A program made the translations under genes and the position numbers. A stretch of DNA of 64,000 nucleotides from the NCBI RefSeq assembly GCF_018350175.1, contig NC_058382.1:49478001-49542000 (forward strand). The letters are read 5' to 3'. The notes under the pieces were generated by a model. The model was not told the DNA's origin. It searched no databases and worked only from the letters and a program-made list of their open reading frames with translations. Shown piece after piece: positions 37,166 through 50,792 of the stretch (the stretch's first letter is position 1; the number at the start of each line of letters is the position of its first letter). The stretch comes from Felis catus. Its lineage: Eukaryota.

Positions 37166-40085
37166 ACGCTTGTATGGCTTTTTACACATATGTTTTTGTT
37201 AATGGCTAGGCTGGCCAAAGAAAAAAATGGGGAGCTCACGGAGGCTAGGTGACTTGGCATTGGCGACGTCACTTGGGACTTGAATGCCAGAATCCTGAGT
37301 CCAGACCCATGTTGTTCCGTTCTGTTTGGTTGCTTGTTTTCTCGTTTGTTGATTCTTTTGTCTTCCACGGATTTCATTAAGTGATATTTATGGGTATTTA
37401 GGTTCCCGATGCCAATATTTTGTGAAGGGATGTACTGACTTGAAATGAGGGGATGTTAAAATCTGTGCAAAAATAGTCACCAAGCCAAAAATGTCAGCAT
37501 GCAGAAGGACTTCCCAGTTTATGTGGTCCTCCCGTTTCATACATGCGTGTCAGGCGCAGTACAGGGTCAGCCTGCTGGCTTGACATCTTGTCCACTGACA
37601 TACATGTGATTCTATATGTCACATCATATCACAGTGTTTGGCTGCCCTGCCAGCCAGATTACGTTTCCCTAGGAGACCCCTGACTTTCTTCACCTGGCAC
37701 TGGTACCGTGAATAGGGATTTGTGAGGTATTGCCCTGTTTCTGCCACCACGTCGGAGTGTCTTCCTCTTGCTGTCCCCTCTCCCTCTCCCCTGTTTGTCT
37801 ACCAGACTCAAAGTAATCTGAACCAGAGATGAAGAAAACCAGTCCAGTAGCACACTTTATATGTCTTGATAGTGGTCATACACTATTTTAGGAAGCTTAG
37901 AATTAATGATCCTTCTAGCTCGTGCTTTGTGTCTGGAGGGTCCCTGGGGAATCCTTTTTGAACTCATTGGTTGGTCAGTACCTCAGAGCTCTCCAGGGTC
38001 TTTCCATCTCCTCCTCTGCGGTACTCACGGCCGTGGATGACAGAAAAGCAAAGGCTGAAGCATGAAGGTCTTCTCTTACCCTTACGGTTGGTTCCCTTTG
38101 ATAAGATGGATCGCTCTACTGCTGTCAGACTATCAAAACAGCCCCATTCTGTTCTTCGGCCTCTTCCTCTTTAGATTCCATTTCAAAGCACAGTTGTGGC
38201 CTCAAGGACTGTGTCCTCTGAGTCCTTGCTTCCATCTACCTCTGTGTTGGAGGTACAGCTGAGCAGAGGATGCCCTGCTGGGAAGGGGCCAGGTCTAGGC
38301 CCAGGCAAGAAGCCAGCCAACATTCACTCTGCCAAGTAACCGAGCTCAGCCTGCAGAAGTGCTGCGTGCCAGGGCCCAGGCTGGAGGGGGTAGTTGTTAG
38401 GAAGGGAGTACCGCAGCATGCGCTCTGCATCCTGAGAGGACACTGGGAGCTGCGGAAGAGCCTGCCAGCAGACCTCCAGGAAGGCCGGGGCTGTCGGCAT
38501 CGATAGGGCCAGGCGAATGGTGTTTTTCACGACGAGCAGTCACTTAGCTGTTTAGTGTCACGTCCATTTGCCTGGTGAGTCGGATTCTGGTTGAACATGA
38601 TATAGTCGTACATTCAACTGTTTTCCTTCTCTCCAAGTGAAATTCCCATCGGCCATATGGACGCTAGGGTAGACAGTGCCTTCAGAAACTCAGAAATAAA
38701 CTATTGATTCTGTATAGATTTTGTGTGAGACTTTCCTTCTCTGTCCCTTCCCTTACTCTCCTTTTCGTCTCCAATTCCACCTCCAAAAGCATACATGTGC
38801 ACACTTTAGTTAAAAAAAAAAAAACAACAAAGTTCGTTAAAGGTTCATTTTTAAATAAATCAGTCAAGACCCCAGGACTTGAAAAAGAGTATAAACAGGG
38901 GAGAACCAGGCCAGTGATAGGGTGATTCTCAGCACAGTCCTGGCTGTGGGCACTGCTGTGAATGACGGTAGACCTGCGCGGCTGGTGTCCTGCTCAGACG
39001 GCGCCCCCTCTGGAATTGGAAGAAGTGAGGCCCCCTTCTGTTGCTAATCAGTCCACAGATCCTCTGCAGGTGATAACTGCCCTTTTTTGCCTCAAGACCA
39101 GATTTTATTGTTCCCTTTGTCTTTTTTGAGGTGACCCACATCACCTTGGCCCCACTCATTGCTGTTGAGTTTAGGAAGAAAAGGCTGAGGATTTCTGCCC
39201 ACTCCAAAGAGTGTTCTCTGGCATTGCCCAGACACTGGAAAGCCCACTCCAACAGTGGCTACGGGTATCGGGTCCAAGGCCCATAGGTGTGTGGTACACA
39301 AAGGATCGGAATGAAGTTGGGGCAGCCAATGAGAGGAAAGCATGGTATTCAGCTAGTAACTAGTCATTTCCTGGCCGGACGTGTTTCTCCCGTTGCCTAG
39401 CTTTTGGGGGATCACTAATATCTAAGAATTTAAAGAAATTCTGGCTTGACTCTTTAGATATTAGATCATCTTCCTCTTATAATCCATGATCCATCCTTTA
39501 AATAAGACCTCTCTAAAACAAAAGCCAAATGTTCACCTGGAGTCTACATGCACACTTTTCAAATCATGATTGGATGCCCCTGAACTTGCCTAAGCATGGT
39601 AGCCAGGTGACAAAGGATTATAATTTGACACTGGTCTTTCCTGGCTCCTAGTTGGGGACTTGATCACCCTCACTCTAAGGCTTTTTTCTGTATTCATACC
39701 TCAGGCTCGGGTCGTCAGACCCTCAGGTCCCCACTTAACCCTCTCCCCAACACTCCCTCCTAAACAGATCTTTTAGGGCCTCTGTCTGGAAGAAATGGGT
39801 TAGAGTGTCAAAGGGAACAGAACTAATTAGTAGCCATAGCTCTGGTTCCTGGCAAATGCCTTTCCTATTCTTCACTTGACTGGAATGCTGCTGTCGGGCT
39901 CCACCTGCCTAGAATTGCTGTAGCAGTAGGGTGGGTTTGATGTCATCAGGCACATATCCATGCACACAGATCTTCCCTTTGTTCCCTCTGTAGATATCTT
40001 CATTGAGCCTGTTTTCATTTGCAGCAAATGAACAGGAATACTACATGTATTGGGTATATGATTGGGATTCATTCTGTATATATTT

Positions 40086-40126
40086 TGTTTGTTTATTTAA
40101 TGTTTATTTCTGAGAGAGAGAGAGAG

Positions 40127-40186
<60 letters not shown>

Positions 40187-40353
40187 TGCGAGCAGGGCAG
40201 GGGCAGAGAGAGAGGGAGACACAGAATCCCAAGCAGGCTCCAGGCTCCAAGCTGTCAGCACAGAGCCCAACGTAGCGCTCAAACTCATGGACCATGAAAT
40301 CATGACCTGAGCTGAAGTCGGATGCTGAACCAACTGAGCCACCCAGGTGCCCC
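40086..40353 (-). mobile_element. Feliform Can-SINE with long (GA)n expansion (about 40112-40182)
   Basis: Near-TSD tctgtatatatttt / tccgtatatatttt. Confidence 0.93.
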
Positions 40354-40393
40354 CAGTCCGTATATATTTTTAAATACCCATATATGTATTTTT

Positions 40394-40565
40394 CATATAT
40401 TCACTGATTCTAAGGCACATACATTTCACAATTTACCAACTCGAAAATCAAGATGTGTCATATAGTCACATCTTAAAATTATAATTGGCGGGAGTTTTTT
40501 CCTCTCTTGAAGGTTCATAACGGTGTCTTTAAATGGGTGACCATCTTAGAGTCCACAAAATATAC
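40394..40565. mobile_element. MER104-like TcMar-Tc2 MITE
   Basis: Inverted ends tattcactgattctaagg ... catcttagagtccacaaaata. Confidence 0.6.
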
Positions 40566-40899
40566 TATGTAGGGTCAGCTCATTTTCCATTTCTTTGCCT
40601 GAAGAATTTGTGAGTTTCCTCAACTAGGCAGATGTTAACAGTAAGCCTCAGTATATTTGAGCTGTACTGAGTACAGCCTGGTAAAATGGCCACTCCACGT
40701 TCCACATGACTTTTTCTCTGCGCAGAACACTCGCACATCTGTCTTTGATTGGGCTTTAGAACAGTGTTGGGCACTATGCAGATACTGCTAAGTGTCTTGC
40801 ACCAGACCACCTGGCTAGTGACTGGGAGAGCCTGGTTGTTCTGACTCCTGATAGGATCTTCTTTCCTTCAAACCCGTCAGCCTAGAATCCAGAAACAGC

Positions 40900-42016
40900 A
40901 AAAATATTTTGGGGGTGGAATATACTGTGCTTAGAGTAGAGAATGGAGAACACTACTGAGAGAATCTTTATAGTAGGTAAAAATTGAGAATCTAAACACC
41001 CACAGAAGAAAAGAGCTAAGCACATTGTCACTATAGAATGCATAGACATTGAGAATGACAAGTACGCGGATTGTTGCTGATGCAAGGAACTCTGTATACT
41101 TAAAAAGCAGAATATGAATATCCAAACAGAGAGGATTCTGGGAAGATAGTGGCTGGAATGCACGTCTCATCTTTTTGACTTCCAGTGCCAGCTGTTTACC
41201 TCTTCCAGCCAAGCAGGGGATGGGCGGCCACGGCCCAGAAGGAGTTAGAAAGGCCGAGCTCCTGAGAAAATGCCAAGACATAGAAGTGATGGAAGAGATG
41301 AGAGACCTAGAAGATGTAACCACGACATTTGTCATACAACTAATAGGAATACTAGAAGGAGGAAGAGGTAGAGGAAGAGTGTATTAGGACAGGCTAGAGC
41401 TAGATTTATAATGTAGTAACAGCGCCACAAGCTCAATAGTTTAACTCCACACATTGATTTTTTTCCCCCACACTGCAGTATCCAACAGGTCAAGGGGTGG
41501 GGGGCGTGGGGTGGTGGTCTGCTCATTGGTCCTCAGGAAGCTGAGGTGGTAGAGGGTCCATCCCAATGCGGCGGTGCAGGTGTGTGGTGACCGTGAGCTA
41601 GTGCTTAAAGTCTGCTTGGCAGTGCATACGTCACTTCCACTTGCATTTCACTAGTCCAGGCAAATCACAACCCACCTTTACCTTCAAAGGGAGTAAGCAA
41701 GCGCAGTCCTACTATAATGTATAGCTGGAAGGAGGAATGCCAGAAATACTTGGTGAACGGCACTCATGACTTACCACTGGGGGAAATAACTAAGGCACAT
41801 CTAAGCATATCCTGGTAAAATAACTGAACTCTGAGGATGAAAGGAAAAATCTTTCAAGTTTTCAGGCCAAAGGAACATACCATTTACAAAGGAAAAAGAA
41901 TCACACTGGTATCACATTTTCTATTTGCAACACCAAGAAGCGAGACTATGGCAGAAGTTTATCTGTAGACCGTTGGGGGAGAAAAGGAAAGCAATTCAAT
42001 GATCTTATACTCAGAC
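40900..42016 (+). mobile_element. Ancient L1 ORF1/HAL1-like fragments
   Basis: catacaactaataggaatactagaagga; tacaaaggaaaaagaatcacactggtatcacattttc; purine-rich. Confidence 0.5.
41380..41778 (-). mobile_element. MLT1K-like solo LTR
   Basis: Ends gaaatacttggtgaacggcactcatgacttaccact. Confidence 0.65.
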
Positions 42017-42139
42017 TTTTATTCAACATAATACTGGAAGTCCTAGCCAGAGCAATTAGGTAAGAAAAAGAGACAAAAGTCATCCAAATTGGAAAGGAAC
42101 AAGTAAAACATCAGATGACATAACATAAAAACCTCTAAA

Positions 42140-42610
42140 GGGGCACCTGGGTGGCTCAGTCGGTTAGGTATCCTACTCTTGATCTCAGCTCAGGTTTTTG
42201 GGGTTTTTTTTTGTTTTTTTAAGATTTATTTATTTTGAAAGAGAGAGAGAGGGAGGGAGAGAAAATGCAAGAGGGGAGAGGGACAGAGAGAATCCTAAGC
42301 AGGGTCCACACTGCCAGCGTGGAGCCCAGTGCAGGGCTTGAACTCATGAACCACAAGATCATGACCTGAGCCGAAACCAAGAGTTGGTCGCTCAACTGAC
42401 TGAGCCACCCAGGTGCCTTTTTAAAGTTTTTAAATTTTTAAAGTTTTTAAAATTTGTTTTCAGAGAGAGAGAGGGAGAAAACACAAGTGAGGGAGAGGCG
42501 GAGAGTCACCTGAGGTCTTGACCTCAGGGTCATGAGTTCAAGCCCCACATTGGGCCCTGCTCTGGGCACGAAGCCTACTTAAAAACAAAACAAAACAAAA
42601 AAACAAAACA
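42140..42610. mobile_element. Nested SINE cluster inside the L1
   Basis: + SINE head at 42140-42194 resumes at about 42514; antisense SINE at 42195-42417 and partial antisense piece at 42430-42505. Confidence 0.8.
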
Positions 42611-43470
42611 ACTCTAAAGCCTCCACCAAAACACTGTTATACCTAATAAACAAATTCAGTAAAGTCAATGAAATATCAGAAAAAGAAATTAAGAAAACAT
42701 TCCCGTATACAATAGCATCAAAAACAATTAAATACTTAGTAATAAATTTAAGAAGGTGAAAGATTTGTGCACTGAAAACTATGAGACGTTGATGAAAGAA
42801 ATTGAAGAAGACACAAATAAATAAAAAAGTTCCATGTTTGTGGATTGGGAGATTTAATATTGTTAAAATGTGATCTACATATTCAATGCAATTCATATTA
42901 AAATTTCAGTGGCATTTTTCACAAAAATAGGAAAAACGATCCTGAAATGTGTATGGAACCACAGAAGACCCTGAATAATCAAATCAATCTTGAGAAAGAA
43001 GAATAAAGCTGGAGGCATCACACTTCCTGATTTCAAACTATGTTACTAAGCTATTGTAATCAAAACAATATGGTATTTGCATAAAAACAGACACATAGAC
43101 CAATAGAACAGAATAGAGGCCAAAAATAAACTCATGCATATATGGTCAATTAATTTTTTACAGAGGTGCCAAGAATGCACAATGGGGAAAGGATAGTCTG
43201 TTCAGTAGTGTTAGGAAAATTGGATATCTCATGTAAAAGAATGACACTGGATCCCTATCTTAAGCCGTACACAAAAATCAACTCAAAGTGGATTAAAGAA
43301 TTTAGTACAAGACCTGAAACCTTAAAATCCTGCAGTGTATAATTGAAATTTGCTAAGATCATAAGTATTCTCACCCAAAAGGAAAGGTAGATATATGAGG
43401 GGATGCATATGTTAACTCAGTTGTGGGAATGCTTTACAACATATATCGAATCATCACATTGTGCACTTTA

Positions 43471-43680
43471 TTTTTTTCAACGTTTATTTATTTTTGGGAC
43501 AGAGAGAGACAGAGCATGAACGGGGGAGGGGCAGAGAGAGAGGGAGACACAGAATCGGAAACAGGCTCCAGGCTCTGAGCCATCAGCACAGAGCCTGACG
43601 CGGGGCTCGAACTCACGGACCGCGAGATCGTGACCTGGCTGAAGTCGGACGCTTAACCGACTGCGCCACCCAGGCGCCCC
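43471..43680 (-). mobile_element. Young SINEC_Fc-type SINE
   Basis: Perfect TSD acattgtgcacttta (43456-43470, 43681-43695); CpGs intact. Confidence 0.96.
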
Positions 43681-44029
43681 ACATTGTGCACTTTAAATGA
43701 CACTTAATTGTTAATTATACCTTAATAAAGCTGGAAGAAAAAAAAAAAGAATCCTATACCCAGACAAAATCAGAATAAAAAAAGGTATTTGAGCATAGAC
43801 AGTGAAAGAGCCTGTCCCCGCTGTCACCTGTTGCCCCTGGTACTTAATGTGCTTATGACTTGGCCTTGACTGTTCTAACACACCAAGTTCTCTGCTCACC
43901 TGTCACCCTCAGAGGGGCCTTCCCTGACCACTGTAGCTAAATTGATGCAGGCACACATGCACACAACACACACACACACACGCACACACACACACACACA
44001 TCTCACTGCTTGATACTTTTCTTGGTGAT

Positions 44030-44880
44030 TTATAATGAAAATTTCACATGTACAGAAAAGTTGAAAGAAGGTTAACTTCTACATCATTTTTATGCATTTC
44101 ATTTTAATGTAGATGTCAGTACACACCTCTCTTAATGCTTTAGCATGTGTACCATTAACTACAGTTCAGTATTTGCTTAGTTTTTTTCTGGTTGAGGTAA
44201 AATTTGCAAACAGTGAAATCTCAAATCATAAGTGTACATTCACTGAATTTTGACATGTATGTGCATGTGTATAAACCAAACCTTTCTCACGATAGAGAAC
44301 ATTTCATCACCCCAGAAAGGTCGCTCATCCCTGTTTCAGTTAATTGCTACCCCAACTCCTACCTCTTCTTGGAGATGTCACTGTCCTGATTTTTTCCACT
44401 ACAGAGTTTTCCCTATTCTAAAGCTTCATATATTTGGAATCATAATATGTGCTCTTTTGTATCCTTCCTCAGCATGTTTTTAGTATTAATCCATGCTTTG
44501 CATATATCAGTAGTCATGCTTTTATTGCTGAGGAGTGTTCCATTGTGTTCCCTTGTATTCCATGATGCCACAGTTTGTTTACCTGTTCTATTGATGGACA
44601 GTTGGGCTATTTCCAGTTTTTGCTTGTTATGAATAAAGCTCTGATGAAAATTCTTACAAACATCTATTTGTAGACCTATGTTTTCACTGCTTGTGGGTAA
44701 ATATCTAAGTAAGGAATTGCTTGGGTCAGGCTAGGTGTGTTTCATTTTATAAAGAACTACCAGACCATTTCCCCAAATAGCTCCTGCCAGCAATCTGAGA
44801 GTTCTAGTTGCTCTTCATCCTTGCCAGCATTTGATGTTGTCATTCTTTTAAACTTCATTGTTTAGCAATTTAATAAGTAG
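44030..44880 (-). mobile_element. L1MC/ME-like 3' fragments
   Basis: aaaatttcacatgtacagaaaagttgaaaga; ttgggctatttccagtttttg...atgaataaagct. Confidence 0.75.
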
Positions 44881-44883
44881 AGG

Positions 44884-45367
44884 TATGGGATTCTCTGGAG
44901 CAACAGAACCAGTGGTAGTGGGAAGGAGGGAGGGAAAGACAGAGAAAGAGACATATTGTAAGAATCTGACTCATGCAGTTATGGAAGCTGAGAAGTTCCT
45001 TGATCTGTCTTCTGCAAGCTGAAGGTCCAGGAATGCCCTTTGGTGTTGGTTCCAGTTTAAAACTGAAGGCCTAAGAACCAGGAGAACCAATAGTATATGT
45101 CCCAGTCCAAGGACAGAAGACCAGTGTCCCATTTCAGTCAGGCAGACAGCTGAAAATCTCTTTTTCTCCCCCTTTTATTCTGTTCAGCTCTTCTAATGGA
45201 TTGGACGATGCCAACCAACACTGGGGAGGGCAATCTACTTAGTCTACCAATTCAAACATTAATTTCATCCAGGAAGACCCTCACAAATACACCTAGAAAT
45301 AATGTTTAACCAAATATCTGGGCACCCCATGACCCAGTCAAGTTGACATACAAACTTAACCATCACA
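44884..45367 (-). mobile_element. MLT2 (ERVL) solo LTR
   Basis: ggattctctggagcaacagaacca...gacccagtcaagttgacatacaaacttaaccatcaca. Confidence 0.85.
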
Positions 45368-45386
45368 ACAGACATGTTAAAAAATA

Positions 45387-45387
<1 letters not shown>

Positions 45388-45432
<45 letters not shown>
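45388..45432. repeat. (CA)n microsatellite
   Basis: Directly visible; an imperfect one also lies at about 43966-44000. Confidence 0.95.
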
Positions 45433-45435
<3 letters not shown>

Positions 45436-47769
45436 TAAATTGATTTTAGGTATCAGTGTGGCTCTCTTCTGATATCCACTTACGGGAATTTTCTTGGTTG
45501 CTGGGGCACCAGGTGAGCATCCCCCCTAGAATGGAAGTACAGAGGCTGAGTCCAGAAGGGAGATACTGAAAAAAGCAAGTCAGAATTGCTGAGCCTTTCC
45601 CCGGTCCAGAATGTTCTCCAGGAGAGATTGACCCACACCTTACCAACTCCTAAATTGCGCATTGGTTTCCAGTTACTGCTCAGGATTTGGGGGAGAAAAT
45701 GTGTGTGAAGAATGAGGTATCTGCTCGTGGGGACACATCTCTTCAGCAGTATAGAAATGTCAAAGATAGTCATCCTATGTTACCCCTTGATCTTTCTTTT
45801 GTAATAAATCCCATTTAACCACATTCGTTTAGTCAAGTCTCATTTCATAGACAAACACCACAGGATGTGAGAGGGAAAGATCCAGGCTGGAAAGTTGGAA
45901 CTGAACAGGGCTGCAGTGTTGAGGGTAGTGCTCTCTGGGGGAGAGGAGTCTGCATCAGCCCCTCTTCCCCGGGACGGCAGGTCCTGCCTGGACGGCCTGG
46001 CTGCCTTTTCCCCGGTTGCTTCTTTAGATTTCTCCCTTTAGGTGATCCCAGAGACAGGCAGAACTGGGGCAGCGTTAAAATAGCGCATCAGCATAGGAGG
46101 GAGGGTCAGGGAGGGAACTGGGGCAACATGCAGAGCACACGTCCCGCCCCGCCCGAGAAATCAGGTCTTAAAGGAGAAGGTTGCAGTTTTGGGAAATGAG
46201 AAAAACTTTGGTTTACATCACAAGATCAGTGTCGTGGAGGACTGAGAGAGTCGTAACTTGAGCCGGTGCTCCTGTCCTTCCTCACTTGCCCCGTCAGAAG
46301 GACCCAGGTGAAGGAAGATGCATCCTGTACATGACCATGTGCATGTTTCTCGGGTCTCTGTTGGTTCACCTACCAGTGGGGCTTACCCTGACCCTGCAGT
46401 TACAGGGGTCAACGCCCTGCACTGGGTGGTGAGTGGGGGCCTGTCTTCTCTCAGGAGCTCTGGTCTGTAGCCCAGCTGAGGATTCCCTCATTTACGCAAT
46501 CTGCTATTGAAAGACAGGAAGCAGCTGGGCTCTGGCTGATCACACTCTCGTGGGCTGTTCTGGCTGTATAATTTTGGGCTGATCTGATGACAAGAGAAGG
46601 AACAGAAGTGAGGCCTCCATTAGAAGGGCGCCTGTAGGTTGGAGCGGAGAAATCCTGTAGCAGCATTTGCTTGGTAGAGCCCGCCCGGCGCAGAATCGGG
46701 TAATTGCAGACAAATTCCCCTTGGTGCCCTGTCATTGATTCCTTCCTCATTTCGGGAGGTTGGCAGAGAAGCACAAGGAACCATGTAACTTCCTCACTTC
46801 TGCTGAGGCCTGGTGGGAGCAGACGATGGCTTCGGGGCCCCACGGTCAGACTTGGCCAGCAGGCCTGAGTTAGCTGACACTTCCCTCCCCTCCCCCCCTT
46901 ATTGGCAAATATTGAAGACCCGACACATGCAGGGCACTGCCTCTGAAAGAAAATAAAGATAGGGAAGGGAAAGCAGCCGGGTGTGCTTGCTGTCTGTCGC
47001 CCAGCTCCGGGGCGTGGTGGGCAGTCTGGTCTCAGATGCAGTTAAGGAGTGTCCCAGAGGCTCCACCTGTAGCTTTGTCATGAAGGAAAAGAAAGCATCT
47101 CTTGTGCACGCTTCCTGAGTGCTGATGAAGGGCCCCTTACAAAATCTCACAAAATTTCGTCAGTTGGGTGACTTTGCAGACCTTTGGTTTGTCTTTGTTC
47201 ACAGGGCTGACTTTAATTTGGCTTGAACTGCTTTCCAAAATGGTATCAAAATTTCCTAGATATTTTAACCTTCAGATAGCTCATAAAGATCACAGTGTTT
47301 ATCATTCCATAGGGCTGTTGATGCTGAATCGAGACTGGACAATTACAAGAAAAGATTGGGGCAGTAGAGTGGTAGAGTCCATCTTGATCATCGGATGACC
47401 TTTCGAGAAAGAAGGTGGGGACGATAGTTTTCTCCCCTTAGCTCTCCATCTCTCCTACCTTTTGTCGTTTATTTTCTATTTAAAAGGTAATTTGCAAATT
47501 CAGTGTCTTGAAACCAGTGCTACAGGCCCAGTGCCAAGTAGAAGGCATAGTTCCGTCCTTCCATAGTAACAGAATTCCCAGGAAAAAAACATGATCAATT
47601 GTTTCAGTTTATGGGATTATCCAGGCCCACGATGCTTCAGAAGAAATTGCTGGGACAGTGCGGAGGCTCTGAAGTTACTATTAAGTAACACCAGCATTTG
47701 TGTAGCATTTACCATCCTTTTGCCCTATAACGCCTCCTCCTTAGACCAGCCTGCCTGTCGCACAGCCCG

Positions 47770-47962
47770 GCAAGCAGAGCACACGCTGGGTGGTCAGTCT
47801 TCCCGGGTGCTGTGTGCCTGCTCTGGCTCCCTGGCTCTGTCACCTTGGTGTCCTCTTCTGCAAAGTGAAGATCAGTACCCACTCTGTTTTATGGTAAATG
47901 AGGAAACACACAAAGCCCAGTGGCTGCTCACAGTAACGACTCAATAAATGTGAGCTGTTATT
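47770..47962 (+). mobile_element. MIR fragment
   Basis: tcctcttctgcaaagtgaagatcagtaccc...acagtaacgactcaataaatgtgagctgttatt. Confidence 0.55.
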
Positions 47963-48261
47963 TGTCATCGCAGGCAAGAGTGGGAGCCGTAGAGGCTGAA
48001 CAGGGACCATTGTTCCACACTGGCAGTGTAGAAAGTGCCGTGCACAGTGCTCCAGAAGTTCAGAGGAAACAGAGGCGGGACAAGCAGAGATAGCTCCTGC
48101 CCCTTCCCCTGCCATCACACTTGGCATGACCCGTGGCCTCTACGCCCTCCAGATCCTTCCCCAGCCTTCCTTTTCCTTCCTCCTCATTAAGTACTGCCGG
48201 GCTCGATGATACATTTGATTAGCTTCTTCGTGTGCTTTCAGGTTTATTATCTCATTTGATC

Positions 48262-48473
48262 CTTTTTTTTTTTTTTTTTAAGTTTATTTATTTGGGGAGA
48301 GAGAGCACAAGCAGGGGAAGGGGCAGAGAGAGAGGGAGAGAGAGGATTCCAAGCAGGCTCTGTTCTGTCAGTGCAGAGCCCAATGCAGGGCTCAATTTCA
48401 TGAACCGTGAGATCATGACCTGAGCTGAAATCAAGAGTCAGATGCCTAACTGACTGAGCCACCCAGGCTCCCC
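48262..48473 (-). mobile_element. Can-SINE
   Basis: TSD tttgatccttt; T tail. Confidence 0.92.
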
Positions 48474-48759
48474 ACGTTTGATCCTTTCAAGAGTGAGGGA
48501 AAGTACTCTATTTTTCAGGTGAGGAAACAGGTCTGGGGAGGGTATATTTCCACATCTTGAGCCTGGAAAGCCCAGGTGGTCTTGTCATTGCCCACTCACG
48601 TAATAGACTGAGTTATTTTTCAATCCCTACCCACCCCCATTCCAGAGGTAGGTGATTAAAGTGGCACTAACCCTGCTTTCACTAAAGTACAGGTCTCTTG
48701 CTACCACAGTGCTGCTCCCTAGCCAGATGGAATATTTCCCAACCCACCTCTTTCTTAAA

Positions 48760-49592
48760 ACCCTGTTCTGAAGTGTGTTTCCCAGCACCGCCAAGCAGTT
48801 GACTCAATTTCAACACTGTCTTCCTAGAGGTAGCATCAGACCGCACAGGTTAAGGGCTCAGTCCCACAAGACCGCCCCCACTTCAGACACCAGTCCCAAG
48901 TCCATGTTGTCACCTATGCTTCTGCCCAACTGGCTCTTAATCAGTGGTTCCTAAGACCCCCTTCTCGGGTTCATTTAATTTGCTAGAGCCACTCACAGAA
49001 TTCAGAGAAAGAGTCTACTTACTTGATTTCCATTTCGTTTTAAAAGGGTAGAACTCAGGAACACGCAGATGGAAGAAATGCCGAGAATGAGGTATGGGGA
49101 CGTGGCGTGGAGCCCCCATAACCTGTCCGGGGGGCACCACCCTCCCTGAAGCTCTACGTGTTCACCACCCTGAAGCTCTCTCAGACCTGTGATTCGGTCT
49201 ATAGGCATGACTGGTGAAACCATTGGCCACTGGTGATTGAACTCCATCTCTGGCCCCTCCCTTCCCCAGAAGTTGGGGGCAGGACTGAAAGTTCAGACCT
49301 TCTGATGAGCTGGTTGGTTCCCCTTGGAACTAGCCCCCCATCCTTAGTGTACCAGGGACCTTCCCAAAGTCACCTCATTAACATAAATTCTGGTGTGGTT
49401 GAAAGGGACTCATTATGAATAACAAGACATTCCTTTTACCTTACTGGCTCCGGAGCTATTTCAGGAACCAGTGACAAAAGACCAAATACCACTGGTCTTA
49501 TTATGTTGGGGAATTCCCAGGGTGTTATAAACTCCGTGCCCGAAACAGGACAAAGACCAAATACATAGTCTTATCATAAATCACAATATCAC
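48760..49592 (-). mobile_element. MER21-like ERV solo LTR
   Basis: gggctcagtcccacaagaccgcccccacttcagac...tttaatttgctagagccactcacagaa...aaatcacaatatcaca. Confidence 0.75.
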
Positions 49593-50568
49593 ACGTGTGG
49601 TGGGCCTTCTTCCCTGATGGAAAGGACTTTAGATTGCAAGCTAAGAAATCTGACTTGGTCTCAGCCCCACCCCCTCAGGTGTTTGAGCTGATGTCTTCCC
49701 TCAAGGCTTCTTTGTCTTTACAGGGAAGGTACTGGCCTAAACCTGGGAGTTTGTTTTTCTAGGACATAAATGTCCGGTGACATTTCCTTGTAGGCTTTCT
49801 TGTTGGGTGGCCTACTTCCCACTACCTTAGCTGTAACTCGACTCCCGCTCCTGCATTCTGGGAATCATGTTGGGATGAGGGGTGATTGATGCTATTATAG
49901 TGATAACCATGAATCTGTTCTAGTGTATCAGAAAAGTGAGTAATGTGAAGTGTAAGGCCTTTTATCAGTAGCAACAGTTCGCTTGAGCACCTCCTAGTGA
50001 CTGTATCAGGGCCTGGCGTTGGAGGAGCGGGTCCAGAGCACGTCCACCCTGGCATGCCAGCGCGGAGCCCTCAGCCTGCAGACAGTGTGCCAACGTAGCC
50101 AGTTTAAACTAGAAAAGTCCTGTAGTCACCAAGTCGTAAAACCTTGGTCTTTCGAGTCAGAAAAAAAAGGTGAAGGAATCTCTGAAGAAAATAAGACAAC
50201 CTCCCAATGGTTGGTCATTCTGTGGGATGTTACTTAATACTAACTTCTTTGCAGGGCCCGGGCCTGAGGGCAGATCCAAGGATGCAGAGAGACTTAGGTT
50301 AGAGGTGAAGACATGCTTGTCCTACAAGACTCAAGTGCATTACTCCCTTGTCCACCACATATGCCACACTGGGTCTGTAGATTTCTAACCTGAGTTAGAA
50401 AAGAATCAGCCTGACACATCTGAGATCTGGTTTTGGCTGAAAATTTAGAATGGACCCTCTCTCACCATCTTTCTTTACAGTCTTCTGGTTTTGTTATTAA
50501 TAGATTCATAACCACCCAGAGATCAGAAAATACAGCCCTTGGATTGATAGCATTTGCAAGACTTTTAG

Positions 50569-50590
50569 TTTTTATTTTTTTTTTAATTTA

Positions 50591-50631
<41 letters not shown>

Positions 50632-50632
50632 T

Positions 50633-50664
<32 letters not shown>

Positions 50665-50792
50665 ATCCCAAGCAATCTCCATGCTGTCATTGCAGAGCCC
50701 AGTGAGTGGCTCAAGTTCCCCAACTGCAAGATCATGACCTGAGCAGAAACCAAGAGTCAGACGCTTAGCTGACTGAGCCACCCTGGCACCCC
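50569..50792 (-). mobile_element. Can-SINE containing (GT)n(GA)n
   Basis: Near-TSD agacttttag / agacattttag. Confidence 0.9.

Larger units (their letters stand above)
42017..43748 (+). mobile_element. 5'-truncated L1 (L1MA9-like) with ORF2 remnants, 3'UTR, aataaa and poly-A
   Basis: ttattcaacataatactggaagtcctagccagagcaattagg; aaagctggaggcatcacacttcctgatttcaaacta; near-TSD atcttatactcagac / atcctatacccagac. Confidence 0.9.

Noticed and set aside
42017..43748. Active L1 or intact reverse transcriptase
   Set aside because: 5'-truncated, internally deleted, interrupted by SINEs, and no long ORF on the sense strand.
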